Positions 26,001 through 37,293 of a stretch of 39,470 nucleotides of DNA are shown here, one piece after another (the stretch's first letter is position 1; every line of letters begins with the position of its first letter). The stretch comes from a virus. Taxonomy: Duplodnaviria > Caudoviricetes. The notes below the pieces were generated by a model. That model made no database searches, was not told where the DNA came from, and saw nothing but the letters and a program-made list of their open reading frames with translations. The position numbers and the translations under genes were made by a program. The DNA is taken from positions 1 to 39,470 of IMG/VR virus record IMGVR_UViG_3300025723_001504, one strand, 5' to 3'.

Positions 26001-27656
26001 ATGATCTTTGGATATTTTACTTTATTTGTAGCCTTGTTAATTGAGGTTGTTGGTGCTTACTATAGTATCACCGGATTGGCGGCAATTTTCTCTGGTGCAG
26101 TAGTTCCAATCTTAATCATGGGCGGCAGTTTAGAAGTAGGTAAAGTTACTGCCGCGGTATGGTTAAAGAACAATTGGCATCGTGCTAGCCTACAATTTAA
26201 ATTATATCTATTACCCGCTGTAACATTGTTAATGTTTATTACATCAATGGGCATCTTTGGATTCCTTTCAAAAGCACACAATGACCAAAACTTAGTGTCA
26301 GGTGATGTTTTAAGTAAGATTTCTATTTACGATGAAAAGATAAAAATTCAAAAAGATAATATCGAATCAGCTCGTAAGGCCTTACAACAAATGGATCTTG
26401 CAGTTGATCAAACAATGAGTCGTAGTACTGACGAAAAAGGTGCAGATAAGGCTACCGCTATACGACGCAACCAAGCTCGAGAACGCAGTAATTTACAGGG
26501 TGAAATATCAAAAGCACAAGCAGAAATAGTCAAATTAAACGACCTCCGTGCTCCTATTGCCGCAGAAGTGCGTAAGGTCGAGGCCGAAGTAGGACCTATC
26601 AAGTACATTGCCAAGTTGATCTACGGTGATAACCCTGACCAAAATATACTAGAAAAAGCAGTTGTCTGGGTCATCATGATGATTGTTGCTGTGTTCGATC
26701 CGTTGGCACTTGTATTGATTCTTGCTGCACAGCAAAGTATTCGTTGGGCTCGCAATGAAGATCAGACAAATCCTGACTCTCAAGAAGAGTTAACCTTCGG
26801 TGAATATTTAAAAAAACTTAGAGAAAAATTTTTTAAAAAATCAAAAGAAGAGTCCCAGGGTGAATCCACATATACAACTATATTAGAAAATCTTGAACCG
26901 GTAGTTGATCAATTTGAAATCACTGATGAGTATTTCTGTCCAATAGATCCTGTAGAGCAACATGATGCCAAAGATGCACTATTGGAAGAATATTTTATTG
27001 ATGATACCGAGCACACGAAGCCTATTAACAAAGATCCAACTTTGCCTGGGTGGATGTTTACGGCCCCTGTTAAACCCGCCGCTGATACATTATCACATAT
27101 AGTAATACCCGAAATACCAGAGCATGATCATTTACATCGCATGGCCAGAGCTATGTTTATAAACGGAAATTTAGATATAGACGAGCGAAAATATCATGCT
27201 CAACATCAAGCGGGCGAAATAGATCAATTGCCATGGCATAACGAAGAACATATTAATAACATGCCAATTAGTGATGGCGAAAAGAAACAGTTAATTGAAC
27301 GATTTGCTAATACTCCTGTATTACCTAAAACAACCTTTATTGAAGTTGACTCTTTAGGACTAGAGACCGACAACGAAGCTAATAAATTAACCGGCGAAGT
27401 TCGAGGATTTGGAACACAATTTCCGGTAGACCCTAACAAAGGTGACATGTTTTTGAAAGTCGACCGATTACCTAGTGTACTTTACAAATATAACGGAATC
27501 CAGTGGATTGAAGTTGATAAAACATTGACCGACACCCATGCGTATGATGAAGCTTACATTGATCATTTAATTGCTAAAATTGATTCGGGAGAATATGATC
27601 CTGAATTATTAAGCGAAGCCGAAAAAGACAGTATCGAACAACGACTAAGACAGTGA
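26001..27656 (+). CDS. Multi-TM membrane protein with long coiled coil
   Basis: Three N-terminal TM segments, coiled coil, EVGPIKYIA, further TM (VFDPLA), acidic C-terminal region. Confidence 0.8.
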   Translation: MIFGYFTLFVALLIEVVGAYYSITGLAAIFSGAVVPILIMGGSLEVGKVTAAVWLKNNWHRASLQFKLYLLPAVTLLMFITSMGIFGFLSKAHNDQNLVSGDVLSKISIYDEKIKIQKDNIESARKALQQMDLAVDQTMSRSTDEKGADKATAIRRNQARERSNLQGEISKAQAEIVKLNDLRAPIAAEVRKVEAEVGPIKYIAKLIYGDNPDQNILEKAVVWVIMMIVAVFDPLALVLILAAQQSIRWARNEDQTNPDSQEELTFGEYLKKLREKFFKKSKEESQGESTYTTILENLEPVVDQFEITDEYFCPIDPVEQHDAKDALLEEYFIDDTEHTKPINKDPTLPGWMFTAPVKPAADTLSHIVIPEIPEHDHLHRMARAMFINGNLDIDERKYHAQHQAGEIDQLPWHNEEHINNMPISDGEKKQLIERFANTPVLPKTTFIEVDSLGLETDNEANKLTGEVRGFGTQFPVDPNKGDMFLKVDRLPSVLYKYNGIQWIEVDKTLTDTHAYDEAYIDHLIAKIDSGEYDPELLSEAEKDSIEQRLRQ

Positions 27657-28855
27657 TGACCAATTCTTTATCTCATTGCAGTTTCTGTGTTAAACACAAG
27701 GATCAGGTTAGTAAATTGATTGTAAGTCAAGATGTGGCAATTTGTAGTGAGTGTGTTGAATTATGTAACAGTCTTCTTAAAGACAATAAAAAACCTGAAA
27801 TTAAAACAAAATACGCAGTTGATATTCCTGATCCGTTAGAGATAAAAAATTATCTTGACCAATATGTCATAGGACAAGATCGAGCTAAGATTATTCTTAG
27901 TGTGGCAGTTACTAATCATTTTAAAAGAATTAGTCACGGTGGAACAGACTTACAGAAGTCTAATATACTCATGATAGGCCCAACTGGAACTGGTAAAACT
28001 CTAATGGCATCGACTGTGGCCAAATATTTAAATGTTCCGTTTGTGATTGCTGATGCTACCACTTTAACCGAGGCTGGGTATGTAGGCGATGATGTAGAAA
28101 GTCTAATAGTTAGACTTTATACCGCTTCTAATGGAAATATTGAGCAATGTCAACGCGGTATTATATTTCTTGACGAAATTGATAAAATATCTAGAAAAAG
28201 TGAAAGCTCAACTGTAACTAAAGATGTATCTGGCGAAGGGGTTCAACAAGCCTTGCTTAAATTAGTCGAAGGTACAAAATGTAGGATTCCAGCCACTGGA
28301 TCAAAAAAATCTAGTCAGCAAGACACTGTAGAAATTGATACTACTAATATTTTATTTGTAGCTAGCGGTGCATTTGTCGGATTAGACAAAATTATTCAAA
28401 ACAGAAAGCAAGGTACCGCTATTGGATTTAATTCAAATATAACCAGCACTGAAGAGTTTAATATTGATCAAGTTAGTCCGGATGATTTAGTTCGGTACGG
28501 TATGATTCCAGAATTTGTAGGAAGATTTAGTAGTTATGTTACTTTACAAGGATTGACTAAACCCCAGTTGATTAGCATATTGACCGAAATACGCAACAAT
28601 TTTATTGGTCAATATCAATGGTTATTTGACCAAGATGGTATAGAGTTAAAATTTGATGAGGACAGTTTAGATCTTATAGCAGAACGCACACTACAAACTA
28701 ACACAGGTGCTAGAGGACTTCACAACGAATTAGAACGTATTTTATTGCCGCATATGTTTGATTTGCCTCGTTACAATAAGCAAAATATTTTACAGGTTAA
28801 AATCAATAAAACCCAGGTAAATACTCCAATGACACTAATACAGGAAAACTCGTGA
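27656..28855 (+). CDS. clpX: Clp protease ATP-binding subunit ClpX
   Basis: C4 zinc finger CSFC...[40 protein letters not shown] loop, GARGL. Confidence 0.96.
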   Translation: MTNSLSHCSFCVKHKDQVSKLIVSQDVAICSECVELCNSLLKDNKKPEIKTKYAVDIPDPLEIKNYLDQYVIGQDRAKIILSVAVTNHFKRISHGGTDLQKSNILMIGPTGTGKTLMASTVAKYLNVPFVIADATTLTEAGYVGDDVESLIVRLYTASNGNIEQCQRGIIFLDEIDKISRKSESSTVTKDVSGEGVQQALLKLVEGTKCRIPATGSKKSSQQDTVEIDTTNILFVASGAFVGLDKIIQNRKQGTAIGFNSNITSTEEFNIDQVSPDDLVRYGMIPEFVGRFSSYVTLQGLTKPQLISILTEIRNNFIGQYQWLFDQDGIELKFDEDSLDLIAERTLQTNTGARGLHNELERILLPHMFDLPRYNKQNILQVKINKTQVNTPMTLIQENS

Positions 28856-29073
28856 AGCACTTTGGCAAAGTAGTGACTGTCAACGATGGTAATGTAGAAA
28901 AAGCCCTGCGTAAATTTAAGAAAAAAGTCCAAGAATCTGGATTACTTGACGATTTACGGGCTAGAGAAACCTACGAAAAACCTACCACCGAGCGTAAGCG
29001 TAAGAAGGGTGCCGCTAAGGCCCGTCTCCGTAAACAAATTCGAGATCAACAGCTTCCAAAAAAACTTTACTAA
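28852..29073 (+). CDS. rpsU: 30S ribosomal protein bS21
   Basis: [12 protein letters not shown]...[12 protein letters not shown]. Confidence 0.93.
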   Translation: MKHFGKVVTVNDGNVEKALRKFKKKVQESGLLDDLRARETYEKPTTERKRKKGAAKARLRKQIRDQQLPKKLY

Positions 29074-29297
29074 TGTATCTTGAGTTTCAACTGCCGAATG
29101 ATGGCGGGTATGGCGCCACTCTGGGCGCATATAAGATAGCCATTGCCCGCTGGGCAAACAACCAAGGTATTAACTACGCAGATAAAAATATCAAATACAA
29201 ATATCGGGTTACATTTGACCGAGACGAATACTACACCGTTTTTACTCTGACTTGGGATAGCCCATTTGAGTATAAAATAATTGACAGGAAGTGGTAA
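29073..29297 (+). CDS. Hypothetical protein
   Basis: 74-aa coupled ORF. Confidence 0.65.
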   Translation: MYLEFQLPNDGGYGATLGAYKIAIARWANNQGINYADKNIKYKYRVTFDRDEYYTVFTLTWDSPFEYKIIDRKW

Positions 29298-29372
29298 AAG
29301 TGTTATAAATAATATTGTAGATGCCCGGGTGGGGTCTACTTTAATACTTGCTTATTTTTAAGGAGAAATTAT
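29281..29372 (+). promoter_or_regulatory. Composite promoter plus two-hairpin ROSE-like leader, copy 1
   Basis: TTGACA-N17-TATAAATA; hairpin GTAGAT-g-CCC/GGG-GTCTAC; CTTGCTTA (29347-29354) can pair with TAAGGAG (29359-29365). Confidence 0.75.
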
Positions 29373-29399
29373 ATGTCAAAGCAACCCTTTCTGACCTAG
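29373..29399 (+). other. 8-codon micro-ORF MSKQPFLT behind a strong SD
   Basis: TAAGGAG-N7-ATG TCA AAG CAA CCC TTT CTG ACC TAG. Confidence 0.6.
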
Positions 29400-29442
29400 C
29401 GTCAACCCCTTTACAATTTAAACATTCAACCACAAATAGTTG

Positions 29443-29471
29443 TTGACATGCAGTCCCATCTGTGTTACAAT
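29443..29471 (+). promoter_or_regulatory. Sigma70-type promoter of groES-groEL
   Basis: TTGACA-N17-TACAAT with extended -10 TG. Confidence 0.75.
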
Positions 29472-29513
29472 ATACTGTTGTGGTAATATCATTTACATTT
29501 AAAAGGAGTCAAA

Positions 29514-31437
<1,924 letters not shown>

Positions 31438-31530
31438 TTGACAGATTAAGAAAAATCTGTTATAAATAATACTGTGGGTGCCGATGGTCGGGCCCACAGT
31501 ATATGTTACTTGCTTAATAAGGAGAAAACT
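31438..31530 (+). promoter_or_regulatory. Composite promoter plus two-hairpin ROSE-like leader, copy 2 (hsp20 5' UTR)
   Basis: TTGACA-N17-TATAAATA; hairpin ATACTGTGGGT-g-CCGA/TCGG-GCCCACAGTAT; CTTGCTT...AAGGAG at 31509-31524. Confidence 0.8.
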
Positions 31531-31974
31531 ATGACAAGACTAACAACTCTGGACCTCAGTCCATTCTATCGCAACTCAATCGGTGTAGATAAATTATTTG
31601 ATCGTTTAATGGGTCAAATCGATGCTGGAACAACTACACAGAATTATCCTCCATATAACATTGTAAAGACCGGCGACAACACCTACGAAATTCAAGTAGC
31701 GGTTGCTGGATTCACACAAGGTGAAGTTACAGTAAATGTTAACGAAGGTAATTTAATCATTACAGGTGAAAAGCAGTCAACTGATCTGCCCGAAGGCCAT
31801 GTATATGAGCATCAAGGCATTAGTGCTCGTCGTTTCCTACGCACATTTACCTTGGCTGATTATGTAGAAGTAACCAACGCCGTAAGCCGAGATGGTATTC
31901 TTACTGTTAGCTTAGAACGCAAAGTTCCTGAAGCAATGAAGCCTAAGACGATTGCAATCTCATACGAATCGTAA
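31531..31974 (+). CDS. Small heat shock protein Hsp20 (IbpA/B-like)
   Basis: NYPPYNI, VAVAGF, HQGISARRFLRTFTLAD, DGILTV; start reassigned to ATG 31531 by the SD. Confidence 0.95.
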   Translation: MTRLTTLDLSPFYRNSIGVDKLFDRLMGQIDAGTTTQNYPPYNIVKTGDNTYEIQVAVAGFTQGEVTVNVNEGNLIITGEKQSTDLPEGHVYEHQGISARRFLRTFTLADYVEVTNAVSRDGILTVSLERKVPEAMKPKTIAISYES

Positions 31975-31991
31975 TATAATTAAGTAAATAC

Positions 31992-32016
31992 AGTGGAGGG
32001 CATGGTGCTCTCCACT
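31992..32016 (+). promoter_or_regulatory. 11-bp hairpin directly after TAAATA, upstream of clpS
   Basis: AGTGGAGGGCA-TGG-TGCTCTCCACT; TAAATA at 31985-31990. Confidence 0.65.
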
Positions 32017-32034
32017 ATAATTAAAGGACTAAAG

Positions 32035-32343
32035 ATGGCACAGGCCGGAACAATTACACAAGTAAAAATTAACGAAGAGCTTAAAGAGCCTCCAATGTTT
32101 AAAGTAATCTATTTGAATGATAATCAAACCACGGTTGAATTTGTTATCGAGACCTTACTGAACTTTTTTAATTACACTACCGACACAGCAGTAAAAATTA
32201 CACACGACATACATGAAATTGGAAGTGCTGTAGTAGCTGTATTGCCTTATGAAGTAGCTGAACAAAAAGGGATTGAAGTCACGGTACATGCTAGATCAAA
32301 CAATTACCCTTTGCAGGTTAAGCTAGAGCCCGAAACAGTTTAA
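32035..32343 (+). CDS. clpS: N-degron adaptor ClpS
   Basis: PPMFKVIYLNDNQTTVEFV, IHEIGSAVV, EVAEQK, YPLQV. Confidence 0.93.
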   Translation: MAQAGTITQVKINEELKEPPMFKVIYLNDNQTTVEFVIETLLNFFNYTTDTAVKITHDIHEIGSAVVAVLPYEVAEQKGIEVTVHARSNNYPLQVKLEPETV

Positions 32344-33131
32344 AAACTAATTTCTATTCGTTTAGGATAATAAGCTGATTGCCGGTATTCAGTGTCGCCG
32401 CGTCCGCGACAGTTATTAACATATCTAATGCCAGCAAAGTCTCGATCAACGGATTTATGATAATGTCCAAAGCACCAAGTTTTAATCTTATGTTCGGTAT
32501 CTTCCTTGATAACTTGTTGTAAGTGACGATTGCCCATGCAGTTAAATCTCCAGGTGTCAACTAGGTCTATGTCGTGATCAATAATCCAGGGTGCCGGTAC
32601 AGTATGACTAATTAATACTATGGCTTTTACCTCTTGATGTGTTTGTAGTCGGCTAACACTGTTTATTAGATATGCTGCATCATGATAGGCTACACCATTT
32701 ATTCCCATAGCAGAATTATGTGTGATATTTTGTTTGTTTCGGAACCATTTGATTGTTTGATCTAAATCTATATTAGGATCAAAATCATAGCACCACCATC
32801 CGTTAGTTGCTAAAAACGCCACGCCATTGACAATAACTACATGATCTTGCATATAAACTACATTTTTAATATTTTTAATTTCTTTATATAACTCCTGGTA
32901 ACTAGATCCTAGGTCATCAAGATAATAACTATGTTCGTCATTGCCATCAATATAAAAAACACCACCTGGATAGCATTCCCCTAAATGAGTTAATGTGTCC
33001 ACTAAAGTTTTGCGATCTCTAGTAACATCGCCGGCTACTACACAGTATGGACTTGTAGCTTGGCCGGTCCAGTCAAAATCGGTCCAGGTGTCAGTGTGTA
33101 AGTCGGAAATTAAATCAAAGGCAACGGTCAT
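32340..33131 (-). CDS. Calcineurin-like metallophosphoesterase
   Basis: SDLH, AGD, GNDEH, SHTVP, FGHYH. Confidence 0.88.
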   Translation of the reverse strand: MTVAFDLISDLHTDTWTDFDWTGQATSPYCVVAGDVTRDRKTLVDTLTHLGECYPGGVFYIDGNDEHSYYLDDLGSSYQELYKEIKNIKNVVYMQDHVVIVNGVAFLATNGWWCYDFDPNIDLDQTIKWFRNKQNITHNSAMGINGVAYHDAAYLINSVSRLQTHQEVKAIVLISHTVPAPWIIDHDIDLVDTWRFNCMGNRHLQQVIKEDTEHKIKTWCFGHYHKSVDRDFAGIRYVNNCRGRGDTEYRQSAYYPKRIEISF

Positions 33132-33157
33132 GATAACTATTTACAAGAGGAGACAAC

Positions 33158-33508
33158 ATGCATATTATTTTTAGTAAACATACAGAATTAGAAAAAAAAT
33201 ACACTGTGTTAGAATTAGATACTATTCGAGTTGGAGTCGATGGCCCAGAACGCACGGCTTATTGTATAATTGAAAATATACCTCTTGAAGAAATCCCAGC
33301 AGTTTCAACTCTTAAAGACCTACATCATGAACTTATGCAACAGTATCGATCTCAGGATTGGCCCCGTTGCGAAGCCATTATTGGTCAACTTACAGGTAAA
33401 TGGGGTGGAGAAATGGATAGTTTTTATATAGAATTGGCCAGTCGTGTTGCTGGTTTAAAAACCCAGACACTCAACAACAATTGGACTGGTGTTATTGAAA
33501 AATCTTAA
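33158..33508 (+). CDS. Stand-alone protein resembling the C-terminal tail of class III adenylate/guanylate cyclases
   Basis: GAGGAG SD; LELDTIRV...YRSQDW...FY...WTGV pattern; no catalytic core. Confidence 0.6.
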   Translation: MHIIFSKHTELEKKYTVLELDTIRVGVDGPERTAYCIIENIPLEEIPAVSTLKDLHHELMQQYRSQDWPRCEAIIGQLTGKWGGEMDSFYIELASRVAGLKTQTLNNNWTGVIEKS

Positions 33509-34779
33509 AAACCATTTTGTAAATTTTTGGTTATTTTTAAAACCTCGTTAATCTGAGTTAATGTAGGGTACCTTAAATCAGATGCTGACTCTAAAAATAT
33601 CTGAATTTCTTTATAAGTTAATAATTTCTCCCAACGCTCAATAAAAGGTGTAAAATCTTTTTTTTGCACTGCTTCATCTAATGCTATAGTTAAATTATTT
33701 TTTAATTCTAATATTACTTGATCAAAAAATTCTTGACTAAAAAAATGTTTTTTATTATAGTCAGCAATGGCCTGTGCCTCGATCATTTTTCTTTCACGCA
33801 CCCACGGGGCCCAGTTTGCAATTTGTTTCATAAGATCCGCGATCCGCACTAGCCGTTCTTGGGGGTCCTCTACAAGGTCGTACTGCTCGTCCCAAATATG
33901 CCCAAAGGTTTTAAATCCATAACTACGCAGGTATTCTAAACTGCCATGAGTGCTAGCAAGTATAAATGGTTGCCCACATGAAATAGGTCGCAAACTTTTT
34001 TCGGTTAACTGTAATCGACTATCATCGAATAATGTTTCTAATATAATTTCAATTTCAGTGGATTCGTAATCGTGTAGATCGAAGTCGGCGCTACAATGAC
34101 TATGGGCGGCACTTACAGGAAAGTGGTTTTCAAGAACACTAGTCGGGCGCCATGCTGGATTAAAAAATTTATGTTGATCGTAGTGTATATCTAGTTCGGG
34201 CTCAATAGGATTAATACTCATTTTGCAATCTGTATCTAAACCTAATCTGATTAAATATTCGGCAAATTTTAATCGATATTCTCTAGTTCCAGACCATGCA
34301 CGATTATAAATTAAAAATTTTTTGGTAATGTTTTTCTTTTGTTGTGTGTGTTGAGCAAAGCGAAACCAATCCAACGCTATTAATGCATGACACCAATAAT
34401 ACACACCGATACATTGATTATTTTGATATGTAATTAACTCGTTAGATCTTTTTTCACTGTGCAATAAACATACTTTACTGTAGATAGTTGGTTTATAACT
34501 TAAATTACGATCAGTATACATTGATATTGATTTTAATATGTTAGTAAAATTATTATCGTGCGCAACATTTTGACATAGGTTATAATTTAATGGTTCTTGG
34601 TCGTGACAGTATATTGGAATACTCAATGTGCGTTCTTTCCAAGATAAATATCTAAGCTCTTGTAAATGTTTAATATTTTTTGATCCGTGCGGATAAAAAT
34701 GATAAATTATTATATTATCATTAATTTCTTCAGCAATATTTTCAATAAAACAGTATAAATTATCTAACGGAATGCTCAT
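33505..34779 (-). CDS. Large AT-rich hypothetical protein, possibly glycosyltransferase-like
   Basis: YNR...REYR; ETLF...LTEKSLRPI...QPF...LRSYGFKTF...WDEQYD; function tentative. Confidence 0.65.
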   Translation of the reverse strand: MSIPLDNLYCFIENIAEEINDNIIIYHFYPHGSKNIKHLQELRYLSWKERTLSIPIYCHDQEPLNYNLCQNVAHDNNFTNILKSISMYTDRNLSYKPTIYSKVCLLHSEKRSNELITYQNNQCIGVYYWCHALIALDWFRFAQHTQQKKNITKKFLIYNRAWSGTREYRLKFAEYLIRLGLDTDCKMSINPIEPELDIHYDQHKFFNPAWRPTSVLENHFPVSAAHSHCSADFDLHDYESTEIEIILETLFDDSRLQLTEKSLRPISCGQPFILASTHGSLEYLRSYGFKTFGHIWDEQYDLVEDPQERLVRIADLMKQIANWAPWVRERKMIEAQAIADYNKKHFFSQEFFDQVILELKNNLTIALDEAVQKKDFTPFIERWEKLLTYKEIQIFLESASDLRYPTLTQINEVLKITKNLQNGF

Positions 34780-34818
34780 AGGAAGTTATTTACTTACAAA
34801 CTTACTAGTTACTAAAAT

Positions 34819-35337
34819 ATGACAACCGACACTGTAATCAAATATAATTTAGAAGTTTTTTGGGACAACGAATACAAACAACTTGATTATACAACTGAAC
34901 CATTTAATGATCCAATAAGTGTAAACCAGTGGATTACCCAAGGTTATCAAAGTAAAATAACTGGTGAACTATGTGATATGCGACATCGTTTACCTAAATG
35001 GAGCAATCAATTTATCGAACATTACAAAGAGCTTGGTTGGAAAGATATTGGTCTAGCATTTTATCGAATGTCAACAGGAACAGTTATGCCAGTACACAGA
35101 GATCTATATAAACGATATATAGAACTATTTAATCTTGAGGGCAAAGAACACACCATTTACCGTGCGTTAATCTTGCTTGAGGATTGGAAATCTGGACATT
35201 ATCTTGAATTATTGGGTGTGCCGATAGTTAACTGGACAGCTGGCACCGTAGTAGAATGGACATATGGTACTCCGCACATGGCAGCAAATATAGGTTTAGA
35301 AGATAGATATACACTCCAAATTACAGGACACAAATGA
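34819..35337 (+). CDS. Cupin/2OG-Fe(II) oxygenase-like protein
   Basis: PVHRD (HxD) plus distal PHMAAN His and RYTLQITG. Confidence 0.7.
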   Translation: MTTDTVIKYNLEVFWDNEYKQLDYTTEPFNDPISVNQWITQGYQSKITGELCDMRHRLPKWSNQFIEHYKELGWKDIGLAFYRMSTGTVMPVHRDLYKRYIELFNLEGKEHTIYRALILLEDWKSGHYLELLGVPIVNWTAGTVVEWTYGTPHMAANIGLEDRYTLQITGHK

Positions 35338-36257
35338 TTAACAGTTGCAATGAATGGGATCCGTTAGAAGCTATCGTGGTAGGTGATGCTACAGCAGCTA
35401 ATTGGCCCACAACTGATCCAGTGTTTGCCGAAGAAGCTCGCAATAGTCTGTGGAAAAAAACACTGCCACCTACTGGACCTGTGGATCAAAAAATTATCGA
35501 TCAGACCAATCGTGAATTAGACATTCTTGTTGAAACTATAGTTCGATATGGTGCTACAGTTTATCGACCAAAACTGATGGACTTTGTTGAACGCAACGGA
35601 ATGTATAATTACTGCCCAAGAGATCGGTTGTTAATAGCCGGAGACACTGTAGTTGACTGTAACATGTTGTATTCTTGCCGCAATCAAGAAATTGAAAACT
35701 ATTACAGGCTACTGGGTGATGCTCGTAATATATTCACTATGCCACGAGATCAAGGCATGATTCTGGATGCGGCAAACATTTGTCGCTTGGGAGATACTTG
35801 GTTATTTTTAGAAAGTGCTAGCGGTAATCGTGCCGCTTATGAATGGTTATCTCGTAAATTTCGTAACATTACAATTGAATTAGTTAATTTTTATGCAGGG
35901 GTACATATTGATTCAACTATTACTCCATTGCGCAAAGGGCTGGTTATGTTAAATGCTAGTCGCGTTACAAAAGAAAATTGTCCCAAAGCATTTGACGATT
36001 GGGAAAAAATTTGGGTAACGGAAGACATGATTATTGCCCAGGATTTTTACCAATACCCATACGCAAGTAAATGGATTGCAATGAATATGTTAGTCTTGGA
36101 TCCCGAAACAGTTATTATAGATGCCGCACAAACAGAGCTAATTACTATATTAAAGTCTAAAGGCATCGATAGTATCCCATTAACACTAAGTCATAGTAGA
36201 ACCTTGGGTGGCGGTTTCCATTGTGTTACTTTAGATACACGGAGAAAACATGGGTAA
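35334..36257 (+). CDS. Amidinotransferase (glycine/inosamine-phosphate amidinotransferase family)
   Basis: NEWDPL, CPRD, DAAN, HIDST, SRTLGGGFHCVTLD. Confidence 0.9.
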   Translation: MINSCNEWDPLEAIVVGDATAANWPTTDPVFAEEARNSLWKKTLPPTGPVDQKIIDQTNRELDILVETIVRYGATVYRPKLMDFVERNGMYNYCPRDRLLIAGDTVVDCNMLYSCRNQEIENYYRLLGDARNIFTMPRDQGMILDAANICRLGDTWLFLESASGNRAAYEWLSRKFRNITIELVNFYAGVHIDSTITPLRKGLVMLNASRVTKENCPKAFDDWEKIWVTEDMIIAQDFYQYPYASKWIAMNMLVLDPETVIIDAAQTELITILKSKGIDSIPLTLSHSRTLGGGFHCVTLDTRRKHG

Positions 36258-37293
36258 TCCTATAACAATTGATCCTACGATTGTACAACAATTAGTTAAT
36301 CAAGCAGTACAAGATAATATTTTAAGTGCCGTAGAAAATTTAAGCTCAGATCCAGAGTGGCTAGCTCGTATTGAGCAAATGATCAACCAAACAGTGGTGC
36401 AAGAAACTATAACTAGAATAAAAGCCATCGACATCAATCCTACTATTAAACAATGTGTAGATGAAAGTATGGCCGTATTCCAAAAAAGTTTTCTAACTCA
36501 ATTTGCCAGCACTGGTATCACCGATCGAGCCACAGCATGTCAAATAACTGTAACTGATAATGCTGTTGTAGTTAATAATCAGCTTAATGCAGAAAATATG
36601 AATATTTTACAAACTGCAACCGTACAAAATCTTATAGTTAAAGGAGCAATTAATACGGATAATGAGAGTTGGCAAAATTTAACCAAAGCTCTGGGACAAA
36701 AAACTTTAGATCTTATGACCGAGGATTGGACAGCGGGGTTGGCACAACAAGTGTCAGAACAAATACAGGCTAACGGTATTGACTTTGATCAAATCACAGT
36801 TGCCGGTGACAAATTGATTGACGGGAATCGATTGTCTAAAGCAATTACCGAAACCAATATTCAATCTGTAGGATTGTTACGCCAATTAACAGTTGCCGGT
36901 GAAGCTCATATTAATGAAACTTTTAGTGTGGTTAACAATCGTGTAGGAGTTAATACCTCAGAACCGGAAATGGCATTAAGCGTCTGGGATGAAGAAGTTA
37001 GTGTAGTAATTGGTAAAAATAAAGCCAAACAGGCCTATATTGGAACTAATAGGGATCAAGGGATTGCTATCGGAGTAAATCGTGTTCCGCAAATTGAAAT
37101 TGATGCAGATGGATTAACTCGAGTCAAAAAACTACAAGTTGGTCTACACCGTATTAGTCACGATGTTAGAGTTCCGGGGTGGGCTGGTACTCGTGGAGAT
37201 ATAGTATTTAATGCCAGCCCTAACGATGATGGTGTGTTTGCTTGGGTATGTTTAGGTGACTTTAAATGGAAAACCCTGAAGAGCGCAGAATGA
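36250..37293 (+). CDS. Hypothetical protein, possibly virion fibre-like
   Basis: Helical N-terminus; RVGVNT and GDIVFN...WVC beta-rich C-terminus. Confidence 0.7.
   Translation: MGNPITIDPTIVQQLVNQAVQDNILSAVENLSSDPEWLARIEQMINQTVVQETITRIKAIDINPTIKQCVDESMAVFQKSFLTQFASTGITDRATACQITVTDNAVVVNNQLNAENMNILQTATVQNLIVKGAINTDNESWQNLTKALGQKTLDLMTEDWTAGLAQQVSEQIQANGIDFDQITVAGDKLIDGNRLSKAITETNIQSVGLLRQLTVAGEAHINETFSVVNNRVGVNTSEPEMALSVWDEEVSVVIGKNKAKQAYIGTNRDQGIAIGVNRVPQIEIDADGLTRVKKLQVGLHRISHDVRVPGWAGTRGDIVFNASPNDDGVFAWVCLGDFKWKTLKSAE

Noticed and set aside
29400-29513. CIRCE or sigma32 control of groESL
   Set aside because: No TTAGCACTC-N9-GAGTGCTAA repeat or convincing sigma32 promoter; a sigma70-type promoter is present instead.
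31474-32034. Extended N-termini for hsp20 (31474) and clpS (31993) given by the track
   Set aside because: These GTG starts fall inside leader hairpins; SD-supported ATGs are at 31531 and 32035.
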